A stretch of 64,000 bases of DNA from Porphyridium purpureum (lineage: Eukaryota): contig VRMN01000001.1 of NCBI GenBank assembly GCA_008690995.1, positions 1,240,001 to 1,304,000 on the forward strand, in the 5' to 3' direction. Of this stretch, positions 62,415 through 64,000 are shown in pieces. A program made the translations under genes and the position numbers. Every line of letters begins with the position of its first letter. Positions within the stretch are counted from its first letter, which is position 1. The notes under the pieces are model-generated. The model worked only from the letters and a program-made list of their open reading frames with translations, made no database searches and was not told the origin of the DNA.

Positions 62415-64000
62415 GGACCGCTTGGTCTTGGACAATCGATGGAGGAGCGAACAAAGAGGTGGTGGAGTCGCAGTTGACTCATGTCTCGACATTGGCGGAA
62501 TAGCACGCCCTTGAGAGCTTGAGTACCGGGACTGTCCCACTCTGGCGGCCGCGCGAGCGAGCGAGTGCAATTCTGAGCGTTATTTTCTCTCATAGCCTGC
62601 CATCGACACGCGACAAACACTGTAAGCGCGCGCTCGCCACTCAATTTTTCGCATTACTTTTGTCGACGTGGGTGCGTTGGCGCGTTCCACCGCCGCACGC
62701 CACGCAACCGCAGAGCACGGACATAGCGTATGGTGTTCTCCGCGCCCGCTGGCTTTGTGCGCCGGAGCGTGCTAATAGCCTATAGCTTTATTCAATTTGC
62801 TCTGGGCTCTCAACGAGAATCATGAGCGATCCTTGTTTCTGAGCAAATACCAGCTTAGGAAACGCGGTACTGCGAGGATTCCCGTGCTCCAGGCCTCAGA
62901 ATTCTTCGTACTCAGACTGGCGCTGGCGCCCTATCGGCTTCCTCGCATATTCACAACAGCGAAACAACCAGAGCGCAACGACTGGCCCAGCGCCAGCTCT
63001 CGATCACAGGACAAGCTCCCGGCTGCATAAGAAGAACTGCTTTCTTCGGACTCGTTGCTTCGGAGAGACCGAGGCACTGGCGCAGTGGGAGGAGACAGGG
63101 CAAAGGAAGTCAGAGGAAATGGAAGGAAGAAGCGATATGGATCACACGCTCGACGATTTGAACAAGCTTCGTACAGAGATCTGGGACGATCTCTTCGAGG
63201 TTACCAACGGCGTCGACATGAGCGAGGTCGAGGCCTTTTGGAAGACAGAGGTACAAGTCAACGCAGAGTTTGGTCGAGTCACACAGAAGGACGCGTCACT
63301 GCCGTCTAACCTCCTGCAGAAAGGTCTCTCGGAGATGAGCTCGTCACCCCCCGCGAGCCCGATGGTGCCGGCACCACCAATGCCAGCACCTCCTCACAAT
63401 ATATCGCAGGTGCTGCCCAAAGACGGACATCTTGACACTGTATCACTGACGCCCTCAATGGCAACACCTCTTCATGTAGCATCCCCGGGGCTGCAGAAGA
63501 AGTCAAAGGCTCGACGCAAGTCACCGGGCGCTCAAGCCTGCTCCAAAAAGGCCGACAAGCCACGGGACACGACAAACAGCTTTGTTCAACTGCGGCTGGC
63601 CCCTCGATCGGACCGGCAGCCAAACTATGCCGACCGTAACGTGTACAAGCCGCAACCTTTGCACGATGAAATTGATGAGCAAGAGAGCGCACAGTACAGC
63701 AAGCGCGTATTTGAGAACTGGAAGCAGCAGCTGCGCGACTTTGCCAAGATGAAGTACAATATCGATCTTCAGCTGTGACAGGCCATTTGTGTCAAAGCCG
63801 CAAAAGATCTCACGCTTTGCGATCGTCTGAATTCGGCTGCGCAATCACATCGGCCAGAAGCTCCTTCAGTCATTGCTTCCTAAGCAGAGCGCTCCAAAAC
63901 CGTGCTTCTTAGGGGGGAAAAAAGTAAATCCATTCTATTGCTTCGGACCTCGGCGCTCGTGAAAATATCTCAGTTCACCCCGTTTCGCTCAATCGTGCGT
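62206..64000 (+). repeat. Direct duplication, copy 2 (continues past the window end)
   Basis: See copy 1. Confidence 0.9.
63119..63778 (+). CDS. Hypothetical protein (219 aa), paralog 2
   Basis: After the first ~20 residues it is identical to paralog 1 except I/V, T/N and one extra Pro. Confidence 0.75.
   Translation: MEGRSDMDHTLDDLNKLRTEIWDDLFEVTNGVDMSEVEAFWKTEVQVNAEFGRVTQKDASLPSNLLQKGLSEMSSSPPASPMVPAPPMPAPPHNISQVLPKDGHLDTVSLTPSMATPLHVASPGLQKKSKARRKSPGAQACSKKADKPRDTTNSFVQLRLAPRSDRQPNYADRNVYKPQPLHDEIDEQESAQYSKRVFENWKQQLRDFAKMKYNIDLQL

Noticed and set aside
1..64000. tRNA or rRNA genes
   Set aside because: No cloverleaf or rRNA-like sequence recognised by eye; a tRNAscan-SE/Infernal run is needed to exclude them.

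Overview
Gene-dense, GC-rich eukaryotic nuclear DNA. All recognisable genes appear intronless. Several carry plastid transit peptides with an early Phe (MAFVG, MEVAFVG, MSCAFVG, MECFVG), which suggests a unicellular red alga (Porphyridium-like; inference). Positions 1 to ~3.9 kb hold the 5' part of a minus-strand Ty1/copia LTR retrotransposon. Its gag and PR-IN-RT pol are in the same frame, separated by one UGA-C codon, with a GC-rich stem-loop 8 nt downstream; this is a candidate programmed stop-codon readthrough signal. About 30 host genes follow: SAL1, GSA, a hemerythrin-like protein, RPP30, an ACC-synthase-like enzyme, LPEAT, a divergent H2A/H2B pair, a secreted Ig-like protein, Fes1, a PDZ protein, UreD, a UbiE-type methyltransferase with signal peptide and RDEL, a TAY-type MAPK, GT61, THOC1, ThrRS, a carotenoid oxygenase, IDI, a nucleotide-sugar transporter, GT4, an OPR protein, a Myb factor, ClpR, an F-box/LRR protein, an SRPBCC protein, a mannitol dehydrogenase, MPP-alpha and an EEP hydrolase. 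The window ends with a direct duplication (offset ~4.16 kb) of an orphan gene showing signs of gene conversion. The heptamer GTACAGT recurs strongly in intergenic DNA. All calls come from reading motifs by eye; no database searches were run.
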